DNA of 64,000 nt, taken from positions 620,001 to 684,000 of the forward strand of contig CM102286.1 of the NCBI GenBank assembly GCA_046563655.1. Direction: 5' to 3'. Position 1 is the first letter of the stretch. Every line of letters begins with the position of its first letter. Below, piece after piece: positions 1 to 14,441 of the stretch. A program made the translations under genes and the position numbers. The stretch is from Yuukianura sp. NJ FZ-2021 (taxonomy: Eukaryota). The notes beneath the pieces are model-generated. The model was not told where the DNA came from and did not search any database. It was given only the letters and a program-made list of their open reading frames with translations.

Positions 1-198
1 TTTTCGGTATTGATTAAAATCAGTTTTTCAATTTTAATCGATTTTGAACTCCAAAAACACGAAATAGTTTCGAGGTCGCTTTCTCCTCAAGAATTTGCGT
101 CAGATATAAAATAACTTTAATTTTGATGAAATGCTTTAAAACTTACTTGACATGACCTTTGACCTTTGAAATGACCTTTGACTTTTTGAATTTCCTAG

Positions 199-3100
199 GA
201 ATCTCTTCAGATATTTACTACGTTCGAGAGGGCGTGGTCAACGAGTACGCCACTTCATTTCTGGTGACGGTGCCCGCAGAAGTGGATGATCTCAACTTTT
301 CATGGCAAGCTCTCACCAAACGACCAGTAAGTTTCACTTTTCAAAAAAAAACTGAAAGTTTTCAAAGTCAAATGCACAAAACAAACAAACTTTGTTTCCG
401 CGGCTCTTTTTTCGAAAGGGGAGAAAACTTATTAAAACTTTGTTTCGCCCCAGGTTAGGCAGCAGAAGAAGTAAAAGTTGAAGATCCGTTTCTAATTACA
501 AAACAGCAGGAAACGCTGTTGCTAAGCAACAACAAGCTTTTACTTGCTTCCTCTTTTCTTTAAAGTGAGTATGCGCAGCTCCATTCATCTTAATTAAAAG
601 TGACACGATTAATTTTGGTGAAAGACTTTTCGATTGAGAGGGAGAAAGTGGGATTTTCATTGCCAATGTTTCTATTCAAGAAACTTTTTATTTGAAAAGA
701 AGGACATTGATTGGACAGTCACAGTAGGTGGGCCAGTTGCCAAAATTAGTTTTTTTCAGAAAACTCTTCAAAAAAGACTTTTTTGAAATGAAAAACCAAA
801 AATTGAAAAAGTCATTTCGGGTGGATCTGGAGCCAATTTGAGTTTAGAGTAATTTTGAGTCTGGCGACTTCCAGCAGTGACATTATTATATTCGAGGACA
901 AAGGAAAGAGAAAATTGATGATGACGGTGGGGCGGTGGTGGGGCAGAGTTATGGTGGGGCGTGGTGGGGCGAAAGCAAAGTTGGGCATGTCAAGTTTTTT
1001 AAGTTTTGTCTTTCCATTGTTTTCAAAATTTTGAGACAAGTTTTATAGAAACAAAGAGATGACAAATTTAAGCTTCGGTGTCTGTCCTGCCCTGATAACT
1101 TTTTCTGATAAATGGACGTGACAAAAAGGCTCCGTGTATTTTTTTTAGAAAAAAAAGTTTTTAAAAACTCACTTTTTTGAAAATGATAGACTCCTGGAGG
1201 AAGAAACTAAAAATTTGAAACTTTCCCGGGATTTTGGTGTAGGCTAGTCCGAGATTTGGGGAAGGGGATTTATGCCTAGTAATTAGTCACTAGAAAAGTG
1301 GTAGTTTTTTTTTAATTTTAGTGTTTGAACACCACTTTCAAATTTTTCTCCCAGCCAAAACCATAACTTTTAAAATGTCACACTCTTTTCTCCTTCAAAA
1401 TCACATTCTAAGCCACACTTATTTTTAATTATACTCAAGCACGCACATAACCTAACAATTTTGAAAATAACTACAACGATTTTGACATTTTCAAAATCAA
1501 AACAAAACCTCTTTCTCAAAAATTGAGTTCAAGGAGACTAAAACTCTGAATCGGCAGAATTAGCAAAAAAGAAATTCTGCTGAATCAGAGTTTTAGTCTA
1601 TTGTTTGTTTTTCTCTTGATGAAAAGATGTAAACATAAAGCCAAATTATTTTTTTGACAAAACTGCTTTCTCTGCTGGAAACTTTGAGATGAAAAGTTGT
1701 CAGCGGAAGTGGAGAGGAAAAAACTAATGTTTTTTGACGTTATTAACTTGACTCTGCACTCAAAAAAAAACTTAAGAAGCAGGAGGAAGCTTTTTCCTCA
1801 GAAGTTAAAAAGAGAGGAACCTTTTTTCTTAGAAGTTAAAAAAAGAGGAAGCTTTTTGCTGAGTTTTGTGTGGAGAAAGTCAATCTAAAAACAAAAGGAA
1901 ACGAGACGACAGAAAATAAGTTTTCATTCTCAGTTGTTGCTTTTGTTGGGGAAAGCGTAACTTTTCTTGTTGTTTTTCCTTTTTCATTTTCTCTCTCCGC
2001 AAGTTGTTTGTTTACAATCTTTTCCTTCTGTTGTCGTCCCAAGTTGACTTTTATAACCGCAGAGGACACACACTAAACTTCCTGGAGTGAAAGCAGCCAC
2101 AGTCGAAAGGAAAAGAGAAAGCAACAGAACTCGGAATGTTATTGAAGTGAAAGTCGCTCTTTGTCCATCCTCATGGAATTCTGTAATTATCCAATGGATC
2201 CATTCTCCAACTAACTTTCAAATACGCTATTGGCTCCTGATAAATTTCCTTTTGTCCAAAACTAATTTCCTTAAGGACTTTCACTTCCAAGGATTTCCAA
2301 TTCCACGTTTTACTTCATTTAATCTCTGGAGAGGAGAAAACACAAAGTGAATAACATTTCAAACAAATTACTCAAATTTACTTGAACTAAATAAGACTTG
2401 TTAGAGTAACTTTGAATTTCGAAACTTTCCAATCAGAACACAACCGGAATTGGAATCCAACCGCTGGAATGTTTTCGAAATCGATCGATTTTGAAATATT
2501 TCAAATTTCAGAACTTTAGATTCAGAATTTACACAAAGTATATATGCAGCCCGAGAAATGATTTCTTGAAATGCGGTGAAACGGAGTCAAAAATTTTGAG
2601 AGTTTAATTTTTGAATTTTTTTTTTAGGTTTTCTATGAAATGACGGTGGAATACACGGATTTTTTTGCTCTGCTGCCTCCAACTTTCAATGTTTCAACTT
2701 CTGGACATGTACCGCAACACTTGGAAGTATTTAGGTAAGTTAAAAAAAGTTTAATTAAGTTAAAATGTTAAATGTTGAAACTAAATTAAGTAAATGAAAA
2801 GTTAAAATTAGAGTAAAGAGAAAGTTCTGTTGGCAGTTTTAGTACGGAAGTAAACCTAATTGAAAAAATTGGAATTGGAGCGGGATTTTTTCCTTTGGGA
2901 GAGGAAACATTAGCGTTCGACGTTTTTACGAACTCGAAATGTCACATAAACCTAAAAAGGGGTTCGGCAGAAGCAGACGACGGTGGGTGCGGCGCCACGT
3001 CTTTGCTTTTTGCATTGCAGTAAAGCTGGTTGGTGCTTTCACTGCTTCAATGAATTCCAGTTTCCAACCAAATCTTTTACTTTTTTCTCTTTTCATCCAA

Positions 3101-5259
3101 TTTTTTACGTCAAGAAAATTTCCGTTTGCTCAAATGATTGCCCTGTGTGCTTCAGTAGTCAAGACGACAAAATCTGGCTCGTAGATCTTTTACGCTTCCA
3201 ATTCCCATTTTACATTTCCATTTTTATCAAAGATTTCTACAGAGATTCAAACAAAATCTCAAATCACTCACATCAACTCCCGCCTTTTTCAAAAATCATT
3301 CAAATCAACTCCCGGGCTTTTCATTTCTTCCTTAAAACGTCACTTTTTGGGGCACAGCAAGCCGAAACTGTCATGGTACAAAGACGGAATATTTTCAAAA
3401 TTTAAAAAAAAACTAAATTAATTTTTCAAAATGCTTTCAAAGTTTCATGTTGATTTTTAATTTTATTGATTTTAGATTGAGTCTGCCTTGTAGTGGGCGA
3501 AGTAATGCTGAAGTGACGGTGAAAATTCGAATTGATTTTAAAATTAAACATCCCAAAGTCAATACAACAACAATCAACATCAAAAGGAATAAAATTTGCC
3601 TCTTCAAAGGTGAGACCAATCCTCAGCCAAAGTCAGAAAATGACGCCCAAAGTATAAGTTAATTTCTATCATTTCTGCTAACTACTTAAGTAGAACTTGT
3701 TTGGTTGTTGCCAAAATTGTTTTTGGAAAAGAAAATTACAGGTCTGCCTATTCCTCAGAATTTTCTGAAATTGTTCTAATCAAATGCCAAGGCCATTATA
3801 TCATACATTGAAAGCGCAATCATTGTGGAGCAGAAACTATTTTTGGGTAAAGTGTAGTCAACCATGCAATGGAAAAAAAAAATTCAGGAAAAAATTGTGC
3901 CGCGAAAGTTTGAATTCAAACGTCGTAAATTATTCAATGTGACGTTGAGTTATTTTCATCGCAAGAAAAATTTTGCGTTTTTGAAATTACACTTGACGTA
4001 GAAATGGAAAAGTTACAGATTATGGAACTTGGTCTGCAATATCACGTTTGCAACTTACTATTCGCGTAGGTTAATGTTAGGATAATTCATATTATATTAG
4101 TATTAGAAAAAGTTGTAAGTTTTTGCTCAATGATTTTATTATTATTATGGGAGTTTTATCGGAAATTGCAGTCGTAAAATGAGCTCGGCAAAAAATATTT
4201 TTGGGTAAAAGTATTTTAGTTTTCGATAGCTATTTTTATTCCAACTAAAACGTGCCGGTCATTCGACGAACTGCTGCTGCAAAGTCCAAGTGTAATCAAC
4301 ACTTTTTCCTTCATTTTTTAGAATTTGTTGAAAACAGTGCTGGATTTCCATCTGTGACGGTTGAATCTGACGAGCGCTCTCTTCCGCCTCGCCATCAATC
4401 AACGAATGGAGAAAAGCCATTAAGGAACGACCTCTCTTTCTTCTCCAATCCAACACCAACACTCCTGCTCATTGGCCTCCTCGGCTCATGCGCAGTCACA
4501 GCCTCAGCAGTCTTCCTCTCATTCTTCATCTGTCTCCGGCGCAGACTCACCCCTCAACACACAACTCCTCTCCCTGGATACAGGTGCCATGGAAACAGTT
4601 GCCATGGAGACAGCAGTTCCCATGGCGACAACTCCAGTCCAGCATCTCTCCTCAGACAGGCAGCGCCACTCCCAGCAACAGGCTGGAAGAACTTCAACTC
4701 CGTTCCACCACTGAGTTCATCCACTCAAGAAAAGAGTGGAAATGTGTTGCCGACTTCTGGGAGCCACAATTCATACGTCGGCACTGGGCCCTTGTGGACC
4801 GAAGTGAGCAATGATGGGGCCGAGAAGAGCCGAGTGCCTCCGAGTGGACTGCCGAAGGGTGGACAGACCCTTAAGGGCTCCGATGTGTCTCCCTATGCCT
4901 ATGCCCAAGTTGGGCTCCAGTTCCCTCCTGCCCTCCCGAAGTGTGGTGCTCCTCCTCTCATCGAATGGTACTCGCAGTTTCCATGTCAAAGTGGCAACAG
5001 CCCCTTGACAACGAGTAGCTACGTTGCCACTAGCAACGACAAAATCCACATCTACAACAACTTCCCAACCACATTCAGTCCTCTACTCAACAGAAACAGA
5101 AATGGAAGAAATTCTGGGAACTTTGAAACTGAAAATCCTCAACAGGAAAATCCAACTTCGACAATCAAATCTGGAACTGGAAGTTTAATTCAAGTCGATG
5201 GTTTTCAATGCAAAAGAAATTTGGCCAATGAACAAAACGTCGTAGAACGATTTCTATAA
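199..5259 (+). CDS. Ryk/Derailed-like WIF-domain single-pass receptor without kinase domain, copy 1 (5'-partial; exons 199-326, 2628-2734, 3476-3609, 4322-5259)
   Basis: GT-AG exons join in frame to give a WIF domain (ISSDIYYVREGVVNEYATSF...LNFSWQ; LPCSG...EV...KRNKIC), a TM helix (LLLIGLLGSCAVTASAVFLSFFICL followed by RRR) and an S/P/G-rich tail ending in a stop. First exon lies upstream of the window. Confidence 0.85.
1535..1599. repeat. Intronic hairpin, 27-bp stem and 11-nt loop
   Basis: AGACTAAAACTCTGAATCGGCAGAATT (1535-1561) pairs with AATTCTGCTGAATCAGAGTTTTAGTCT (1573-1599) with one G:U pair and one mismatch. Confidence 0.85.
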
Positions 5260-6491
5260 AAATTCAACAAGACACAACTCAAATATTAAATCTGCACATA
5301 CATACGCAGAAACCCGAAAAAAATTTCATAATTTGTGATACGACTATTTAAAAAAATCAAAAAAAGGCGTGCGAACTTGTTCATTTTAAAATCTTCAGAT
5401 CTTGTCCCTCCAACAATCAAAATTTAAAATATCAAATTGAATCAAAATTGTTAGACTTGTAAACCGTTAAGATTTTTTAGAAATAAAATTTTAAAATCAA
5501 CAACTTTAGAAAGTTTCGTATGGTTTCAAGAATGCTTTGGGTATTTTGAAATTTGAAACTGTTGAAATTGCGTTAAACTTGACACTTACGAAGGAAGACA
5601 TGTTGACAATGACACTGAAACTGACACTGTTGTTACCATGAAATATGGTTTTTGCCAGAACTGCCCAAAATCCTCAAAAGCACAAAGTACTTTGAAGTGT
5701 TTCCAAATGATGATGATCCTCATAATCATCAAAAGTGAACTTACGCTAAACCACATCATGACAATAATGAGCACTTCAAAAAGTGTTGTATCTTTTGTCA
5801 TTCAACTTCCACAAAACGTGCTTTTCCCGCCACAAGATCGAAACGATATGACCCCACCAAAAACATTTCCGGATTTACAAAGTTACTCTGAATGTCAAAA
5901 TCCAACCAAACGAAAGAATTTCTTCAGTTTTTAGCACTTCGCAATCCAAGAAATTTGAGGAGTAAATTGTGTAGCTTCAAAATCGTTTTCAAAATTATAC
6001 CTACTCGCTCCCACTTATGGAAAAAAATAAGTTGCGTAATTTCACAATTTGTGTTTCATTAAATTTCAAATTAAACTTTATATTGACGTGCACGTTGGAT
6101 GAAAGTCTTTGAGGTGTTAAATACTTTTCAAGTCGATTGTCCACTAACTTGAAACTAGACAGATTGAAGTTTATTCTCTCTCAACCTAAAACCACACTCC
6201 GACCAACCCTCCGCACCCGCTACATTCAAATTTCATAACGCAAGTTTTCTACGCAACAAATAATCTGACTGCTGCAAGACAACCAGTTGAGGAAGTCTGT
6301 TATTAAGAAAAACTTATCGGATCAGCCAAACATGACCTTGCGTGTACCAATTATGATGCAATCTCGCTTAATATTCCCAAGCAATTAATTCCTAAAAATT
6401 TCGTTCCAAATCCACTAATTTTAGTTATTCTACAGAATTTTTTTTACAGCAACAAGTGACAAACTTTGAAAGACTCTTTTCAGTCTACTAC

Positions 6492-6767
6492 TTAAAGGTC
6501 GGAAGCAAGCGTGTACCCAGCGAAGAGTTTATCATTTTCATACTCTCGTTCGCAATGTTCCTTGTATTCGTCTGACGACATGACTTCCCCGACCTTTTTG
6601 GCAACCTTGACCACCGTTTCAGCCGTTTTGTAGACTTGGTAGGCTTCCTTTATAACTTCTGCGCCTTTCATCACCTTGTCCGTGATAGAATTGTTTCCGT
6701 CACTTGAAGCCTTTAAGTTGAAAATAAGAAACAATAAAAATTGGCAAAATTTTGAAAAGTACCCCAT
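6492..6767 (-). CDS. Possible small secreted protein (about 91 aa), unknown family
   Basis: ATG at 6767 with a signal-like N-terminus (MGYFSKFCQFLLFLIFNLKASS), then a helical-looking segment; more GC-rich than its flanks. No family recognised and further exons are possible. Confidence 0.4.
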   Translation of the reverse strand: MGYFSKFCQFLLFLIFNLKASSDGNNSITDKVMKGAEVIKEAYQVYKTAETVVKVAKKVGEVMSSDEYKEHCEREYENDKLFAGYTLASDL

Positions 6768-9708
6768 ATGTCTTAACAAACGCAGTTAACCACCGTAAAT
6801 ATTAAAGTAAAATGAAATTAATTTAATGAAAATACTAACAAAAATTGTATAAAGTTAAAGTATGCTCTAACCATGTTTTGTTCGTCGCTAACAGCTGGGC
6901 AGTAAATGTCCTCTTCAGAACCAAAGTTATGTTTTTAGAAATTGCGATAAAAAAAGTTTTTGGCTTAAGATGAAAGCGAGCAAACCTTCGTTGTATAAGT
7001 CTATGAGCAGACTAAAAATTGGACACTGAATGCCACCCGGTTATATTTATATGAGCTTTATGTTGGTTCCACTATTCTGGGAGTGGATTCTGGGAATTGG
7101 ACTGTTTGTTTTCTTTTAACTGCCAGAGTTATCTTCTTTCCTCCTAACCGTATTCATTTCTCAGAATTCTTTGTAATCAGGAGCTTAAAGCCCAAGATAC
7201 AAAGGGCTCAAACTGCCCTGCGTTTCAGAAGTTTCCAAGCCACACTATACTTACCTGCAGCGCTGCAGGTAGGTGTGGCTAGTTAGCAGTTGTAGGTGGC
7301 TAAAGCTCCGACTTTCACCAACTACAACTTGCAGTTGCAGTTTATAAGCCTCACTGCAGTTGTAATTGTGCTGTTCTTGTTGCGACGGCAGAAAAAGCGA
7401 AGTTGGCTCGGCTGACCTCATCCTTGACTGCAGTTTTGCTTTCACACTGCAGTTTCAGCGTAGGGTTGGTGTGGGTTGGTGACAAAGCTTTAAATACAAA
7501 CAGCAACAGCGTAGTTTCGAGCTATGTGTGTCTTGGGCTTAAGGCTTGGTAATTTTTTTTTCTGCAGAAATAGTGCTCACTTCTCAGAATTTCTGCTGAC
7601 TCGTAATCACAGTAGCTCAAGGCTTGGTAAACACACATGTATTTCTTTGCAGGAATATACTTCGGTTGATAAACTCCCTTATTATATATAGAAGGCCATT
7701 TTGTTTTCGTTGTTTTTTCGCTTCCATTACGACGCATATGGACAAACTCTAACTAAATTCCAAAAAATTGATAATTTCTTATGTCAACGGCCATGAAGCG
7801 ACTGGAATTGTATTGAAAAGGGCATTCTAAAAATAGAGAAACTATAACTATGTGCATAGCCGGACGTCCTCAATAAAGAAGTCCACGAAGAGTGAAGAAT
7901 CCTGAGAAAGGAGTTACTTTTTAAATGACAATTGAAGTTTGAGACCACATCAAATAGTATTTGAATCTTATCAATCCCTTTGAAAACCGGAAAACTAGGT
8001 ATGTAATTATTGGACCTTGGTACTATTATCATTGATGCCAAAGATATTTAGTCTGCATGCCCGTAATGTTAATCAAAAAATGCTAAACATGTATTTATTT
8101 GTCCATGCCCTTACGGGCATATGCCCTTATATTAATGTTTAAATAAGAAAATATTTGGTGATTTTTAAAAGAAAATTTTTTGTCAATATTTCGGGCGTTT
8201 TTAGCCCATATTTCCGACAATCCTGATAATTATGGTTTGGACGATTGAGGTGGTGTGGGGCGAAGCCCCAGCAAGCTTTGCGCATCAAGCCCTGCAGGCT
8301 GAGATTTTGGCGGGAAACATTGAAATAGACTCAAACTGGCGATAGAGTTCAACATTAAGTGATTAGTATCTTTATAGCGTAGCGAAACCCACAAAATATG
8401 GATTTTGAAAACTCCGTGATGGCCATTTAGGAGAGTCATAATTCCCGCCAAAAATTAAAGGAGAGTCCATTAAAAAAGTCATATGGGAGAGCGTGTACAC
8501 ATGGAATTAAATGTGTTATTTCGATTCTTATCTTACACTAAAAACGACTCTTTACACCTAAGCGGAATGCGTTGTTAAATTGTTTCACTGATTTCGAAAG
8601 TCGCGCTTTCCCAGTTTTCCAAAAAGTGAGAGTAATAAATCCAAATCCAAAACGTTACGGCCCCATTTTGCTCAATTTAGAAAAGCGACGGCGGGAAAGT
8701 TTAAATTAACTGTGTACTCATGAGGTGCTTAGAGATATAAAGTGTAAGCCATCTATTAATTTCGATTAATTCACACTGATAAGCAACAGCAATAAACAAA
8801 AACCTAACGTAAACTTCAACCTAACATAACAAAAAAAGAAACGTTTTGAAAACGATATGCGGTACAACTTTCCAAACTTTCCAAACAGAATTCCACACAG
8901 TCGAAATTTCAGTAAAAAAAAATTGTCAATTTCGCATGTCGTAGAAAAAATTTAATAAGTGTTGCGTTTTCACAAAAATTTTCTAGAGTCATGCCAGTTG
9001 CTAAAATGATGCCTCCAGACTACGGTTTTTTCTGGAAGATTACATGACTTGGAGCCTTTAGTTTTTTTAAAAAGTGAAAGTTGAAACCCGGGCTTTTGGA
9101 AACTAGCACTTTGAAGCCTGAAGTGGATGACTGGAGTGTAGGGAGTGGATGGTTCTGTTATAGCCTCATTCACTTTGATCTTGTCTCCGTTTCCAAATTC
9201 AACAAGGGCTCAAGCGACGCTTCAGCCACTCAAATGTTGAACTTCAGCATATTCTGCTAGAACTTCCGTCTGAAGCTCTAAGCGTTTTCTACTTCAAATT
9301 TTACCTCTACTCGACCCCTTTGAGCTCATCACGTCTCTCAACTTGCTCTTTCAACAGCCACAAGGTCTAATAGAATCAGATTCCCGGTTACTACTACGCT
9401 AAACCAAAAGCTTTCCAGGGCTTAATAGGTAAGTAGTCAAGGAAAATTGTGTTATTGACTTTTTCAAAATTTTGAAAGATCCAACATCAGTGGAACTTTC
9501 CTGGAAACAAATTCTCAACATGGCTAACGCTAAGTAAAAGGTGAATGTAAATCTATGCGAAACAACTTAAGTTCAGGTTTTCTGAATTTTCAAAAACTAT
9601 TAGTGGAAGTGAAAGCCTGAATTTATTTTCTCCACAGTCAACAAAGATAACAATCAAAAACAAAGGTTTCGGTAAAAAAAAAAAATCACCTATTCTAGAA
9701 CCAAAGTA

Positions 9709-9833
9709 CAGTAAAACCTCTCATTTCGCAACTTTTAGCTCCGCTACACTCTCCGGACAGTTAGAGTATCGTAAACTTTCGCAAAATTTTTCTTCGAGCA
9801 ACCAAGCGTGTTGCGCAATGACGGGATCTACTG
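9709..9833. mobile_element. Tc1/mariner/pogo-like MITE, 125 bp
   Basis: Imperfect 24-bp TIRs (CAGTAAAACCTCTCATTTCGCAAC versus CAGTAGATCCCGTCATTGCGCAAC), with TA on both sides. Confidence 0.75.
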
Positions 9834-10004
9834 TACTCGAAATTCTGAAACTAAAGTTATATTACAACCTCCAGCTGACACTTGTGCTGAAACATGAACA
9901 ACTGGAGAGTATCGTCAACTGATAAGAAATGCACTATAAACTACTTACGTACACAAAAAAAGTTTGAAGATTACGAAATGATCGTTTCGGAAACGTGATG
10001 CTCC

Positions 10005-11394
<1,390 letters not shown>

Positions 11395-13534
11395 ACTAAT
11401 TGGTTCAGAAGTATTTAAAAGGTGAAAACTAGTCGAATCTTAATTAAATCGGGCTTAAAAACGATTATTCTTCTCAAGTCAACAACTGCACGACTGCACC
11501 ACTACATAAAAATGAAATTCACAAAAAAAAGCTTTTAGTAGCTGATGGGCTGCAGCAAGGGTAAACGCACTTCAATGTAGCCGTACACTTCAGCCATTGT
11601 TTCACTGCCATTATCGTTTGTGACAACCACGTTTGAGTAGTAACAAGTGTAGCTGTAGCCATTTTATCCTAGCCAGTACAACCTGAAATGGCAACATATG
11701 TTGTCACTTGCCACACAGTTTAGGCGTAGTCGTTGAGTGACCGTACTGCATGGGTACACCGATTCTCGCTAAACCTTACGTTCAATCAACCTGTTCGGGA
11801 AACTCGTGGAATGACATTTCGAAATGTCCGCGCTCTTTGCGACGCAAAATCTCAAACAGCAAACCAATGTTTAGGACAATAGGAAGAAGTTATGTAAAAT
11901 AACAATTTGATTTTTACTTATTGAATCAAAAAATTAGTTCTTTTAAATGAAAAATTCATGGGTTAAACACAAGGCTTAACTGTTGAAACTTTGACAGAAC
12001 AGGCAAGAAAAGGGGAAAACGTGCAGAGAATTTCGTAACGCGGGAAATGCGAGTCCATAACGGAGCGGTGAAAGCAGAGACAACTTTCTCTTTCCTTTGT
12101 GTAATTGAATAGTAGCACCAAAAACAGCACTGCTTTAGCTTCACATCCAAAACCAAACGAACGGTGCGAAACTTGATATTAAACAAGATTTCAAAAAAGA
12201 TTTTGCGTTTCTTTGTATAGTCTAAGGTTTCATGAGTCTCATTAAATTGAATCTGAAGTTAAACCTAAACCAAAACCAATTTAATTCAAAATTGGCAAAA
12301 TTCCACAACTTTTCATAGAAAGTTGTGAAATTTAGTCTTTTGTGGCGGTAGAATTTGAAAGACATCGAAAACTCTACACACAGAGTTCATGTTCATACAA
12401 AGACTCAAATGTCGATGAGTTAACAAAGTGGGTGACATTTGCCAAAATGTCAACTTTCGTCCCCACATTTCATTTACTATACTATGCATATTGTATACTA
12501 TACTATGTACATTGTTAGGTTAACTTAACTTATATCATAGTTCACCACAGCACTTTCACTTCCTTTTGACCACTGGAAAGAAAACCACACTTCAAGCTGT
12601 TCCTGCCGCCATTGCCATGTCGCCGGGAATTTCAAAATTTCATTTCACCCTTCCCCTCTTCCCGCCCAAAATGAATTTGAAACGAGAAGTGTCTCTTCTT
12701 TGATAGGAATGCAATAAAGTCAGGAATGAAATCAAATATGCTTGACTGCTGCAGAGGAGTCAAGTGACAATTGTACAATATTTCAGAGAAGCAGGAAGAG
12801 GAAGGAGGTTGGTTGACTTGCACAACGCTGCTCACTTGTACCCACGTACCACTTTGAGCCAAGAACAAAAGATTTATTGCAACCTGAGAAATATCTAATT
12901 TATATTTTGTGTAATAGGGTTTCCTCAACTTGGAGGATTTGTTATACCTGAGTGGTTCTCGCTCGTAGCTGGAGCTAATTAAAATTGTGAATAAGAATAT
13001 CCAGGATGAGTCAGAAGTCGGAACAAAGCGAGAAGGTTAATTACATCTACAAATTGCTTTGTGCGATTCTCAAAAGTTCCAAAAGTTGTCAAAGTTCTTT
13101 ACAAACTTTAATTGAACACAATTTTACACGAAGTCTGAAAACTAAAGCCGGGTTCACACTGAAGAAATCCAAAAAACAAGGTTCATACAAAAGGACTTCA
13201 AAAAGGTTCACACCGGTGAGTTCAGGCAGATAAACGTTAAGCAAAATTCACGCCAAAGAATTTTGAAGTTAAGCCCTGTTCACACCAAACTTTTTGGGTA
13301 AAGAAAACTTTTGGGGCATTGTGAGATTTTAGTTTTTGTGTTCTAAAAAGTTATTCTAATCACGAGTAATGTAAGTTAATGTAGATTGTTTGAAGTAGAA
13401 GCATAATGAAGATGTCAAAATTTCGAAAATTCAAAAGACTCGTCAAAAAACAAAAGAAATTACAAGCACAGGCTTCCGGACGAAGTGGGAAAGTGACGGT
13501 TGGCTGCCCACGGGTGGAATAAAGCCCTGCAGAA

Positions 13535-13943
13535 AGAGACTGCGTAATTAGTACACGGCAATTAACTCTCCCTTTCATCATTCTCGGAATTTCCATGTTA
13601 ATGTCTCTACATCCCACTTTCACCTATCCAATCTACACAATTTCAAATGTTCCCGCTTCCTGTTTGCGTCACTTTGATCCCGGAAACGAACTTTGTTGGG
13701 GCAAGATGAGATTTGAAATGGACTTTCTCTTTGCTTTGACAAGAGACTCGTTTTGAGCTTGGAATTAAATGATAATGGGCCACTCTTCTTTCTATCATCT
13801 CCCTCTCTCGTGCAAAGAGAAAGTGGAAATGCAGTCCAATTCTCTTTGATATTTTTCTGTTTCACTTTCACTTTTTCTCTTTTTTTTTTCTGAATCGAGT
13901 GACTTCCAAGAAGTTTTTTTTTTCGTTTTTTGGAAGATGTGTT
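13535..13943. repeat. Diverged duplicated non-coding segment, copy A (continues at 18221-18260 after the transposon)
   Basis: Colinear similarity to 19041-19565, for example TAATTAGT..ACGG.AATTAACT, GGAATTAAATGATAATGG and AGTCCAATTCTCTTTGATATTTTTCTG. Confidence 0.85.
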
Positions 13944-14441
13944 CCCCGGAAACAATTTTTGGAGTTGAACCCTCAGCATTACGTCAGTATTGAGTATTTC
14001 AATGACGATAACACAAGTTTGATGGAGAAATTGCGTATTTATATTATTAGTATTATATCTGAATTCAGATTAGCGTAGTATTTGCGCAAAAAAGAAAGCC
14101 GGACAGCTCGGATTATTATTGGAACTCAAATATGATACAAGACTAACATCATAGACCTGATGCAATTGTAGTGCCAATGCCATTGCTCAATTTTGGAGTT
14201 TGTATTGTGTATTTATAATTAGTGCTAGAATTGAATTGCAACATAATTGCATAGAATTGTAGTAACTTTGATTATGTCCGCATTGCGTATCCGTGCTTGC
14301 AGTTAAAAGTACGTGTTTACCAAGACAGCAAATATCAAAACGTCATTCTTGCGTACTTTTGTATGTGAATCAAACTCAGTAAAACTTGTAACGGACAAAT
14401 AGTTGCGGTGTGCTTCCCTCTGAATCACTCAGTGTCTGACT

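Noticed and set aside
4472..5049. Overlapping alternative-frame ORFs conserved in both WIF paralogs
   Set aside because: Their conservation is explained by near-identical DNA of the real exon.
7252..8510. Palindromes, CAGTTG-type repeats and a possible transposon remnant
   Set aside because: I could not define paired termini, a TSD or coding similarity.
13620..13979. Minus-strand ORF similar to ORFs at 19138-19615
   Set aside because: The similarity switches frame between copies and the ORF starts inside the transposon end, so it is treated as a non-coding duplication.
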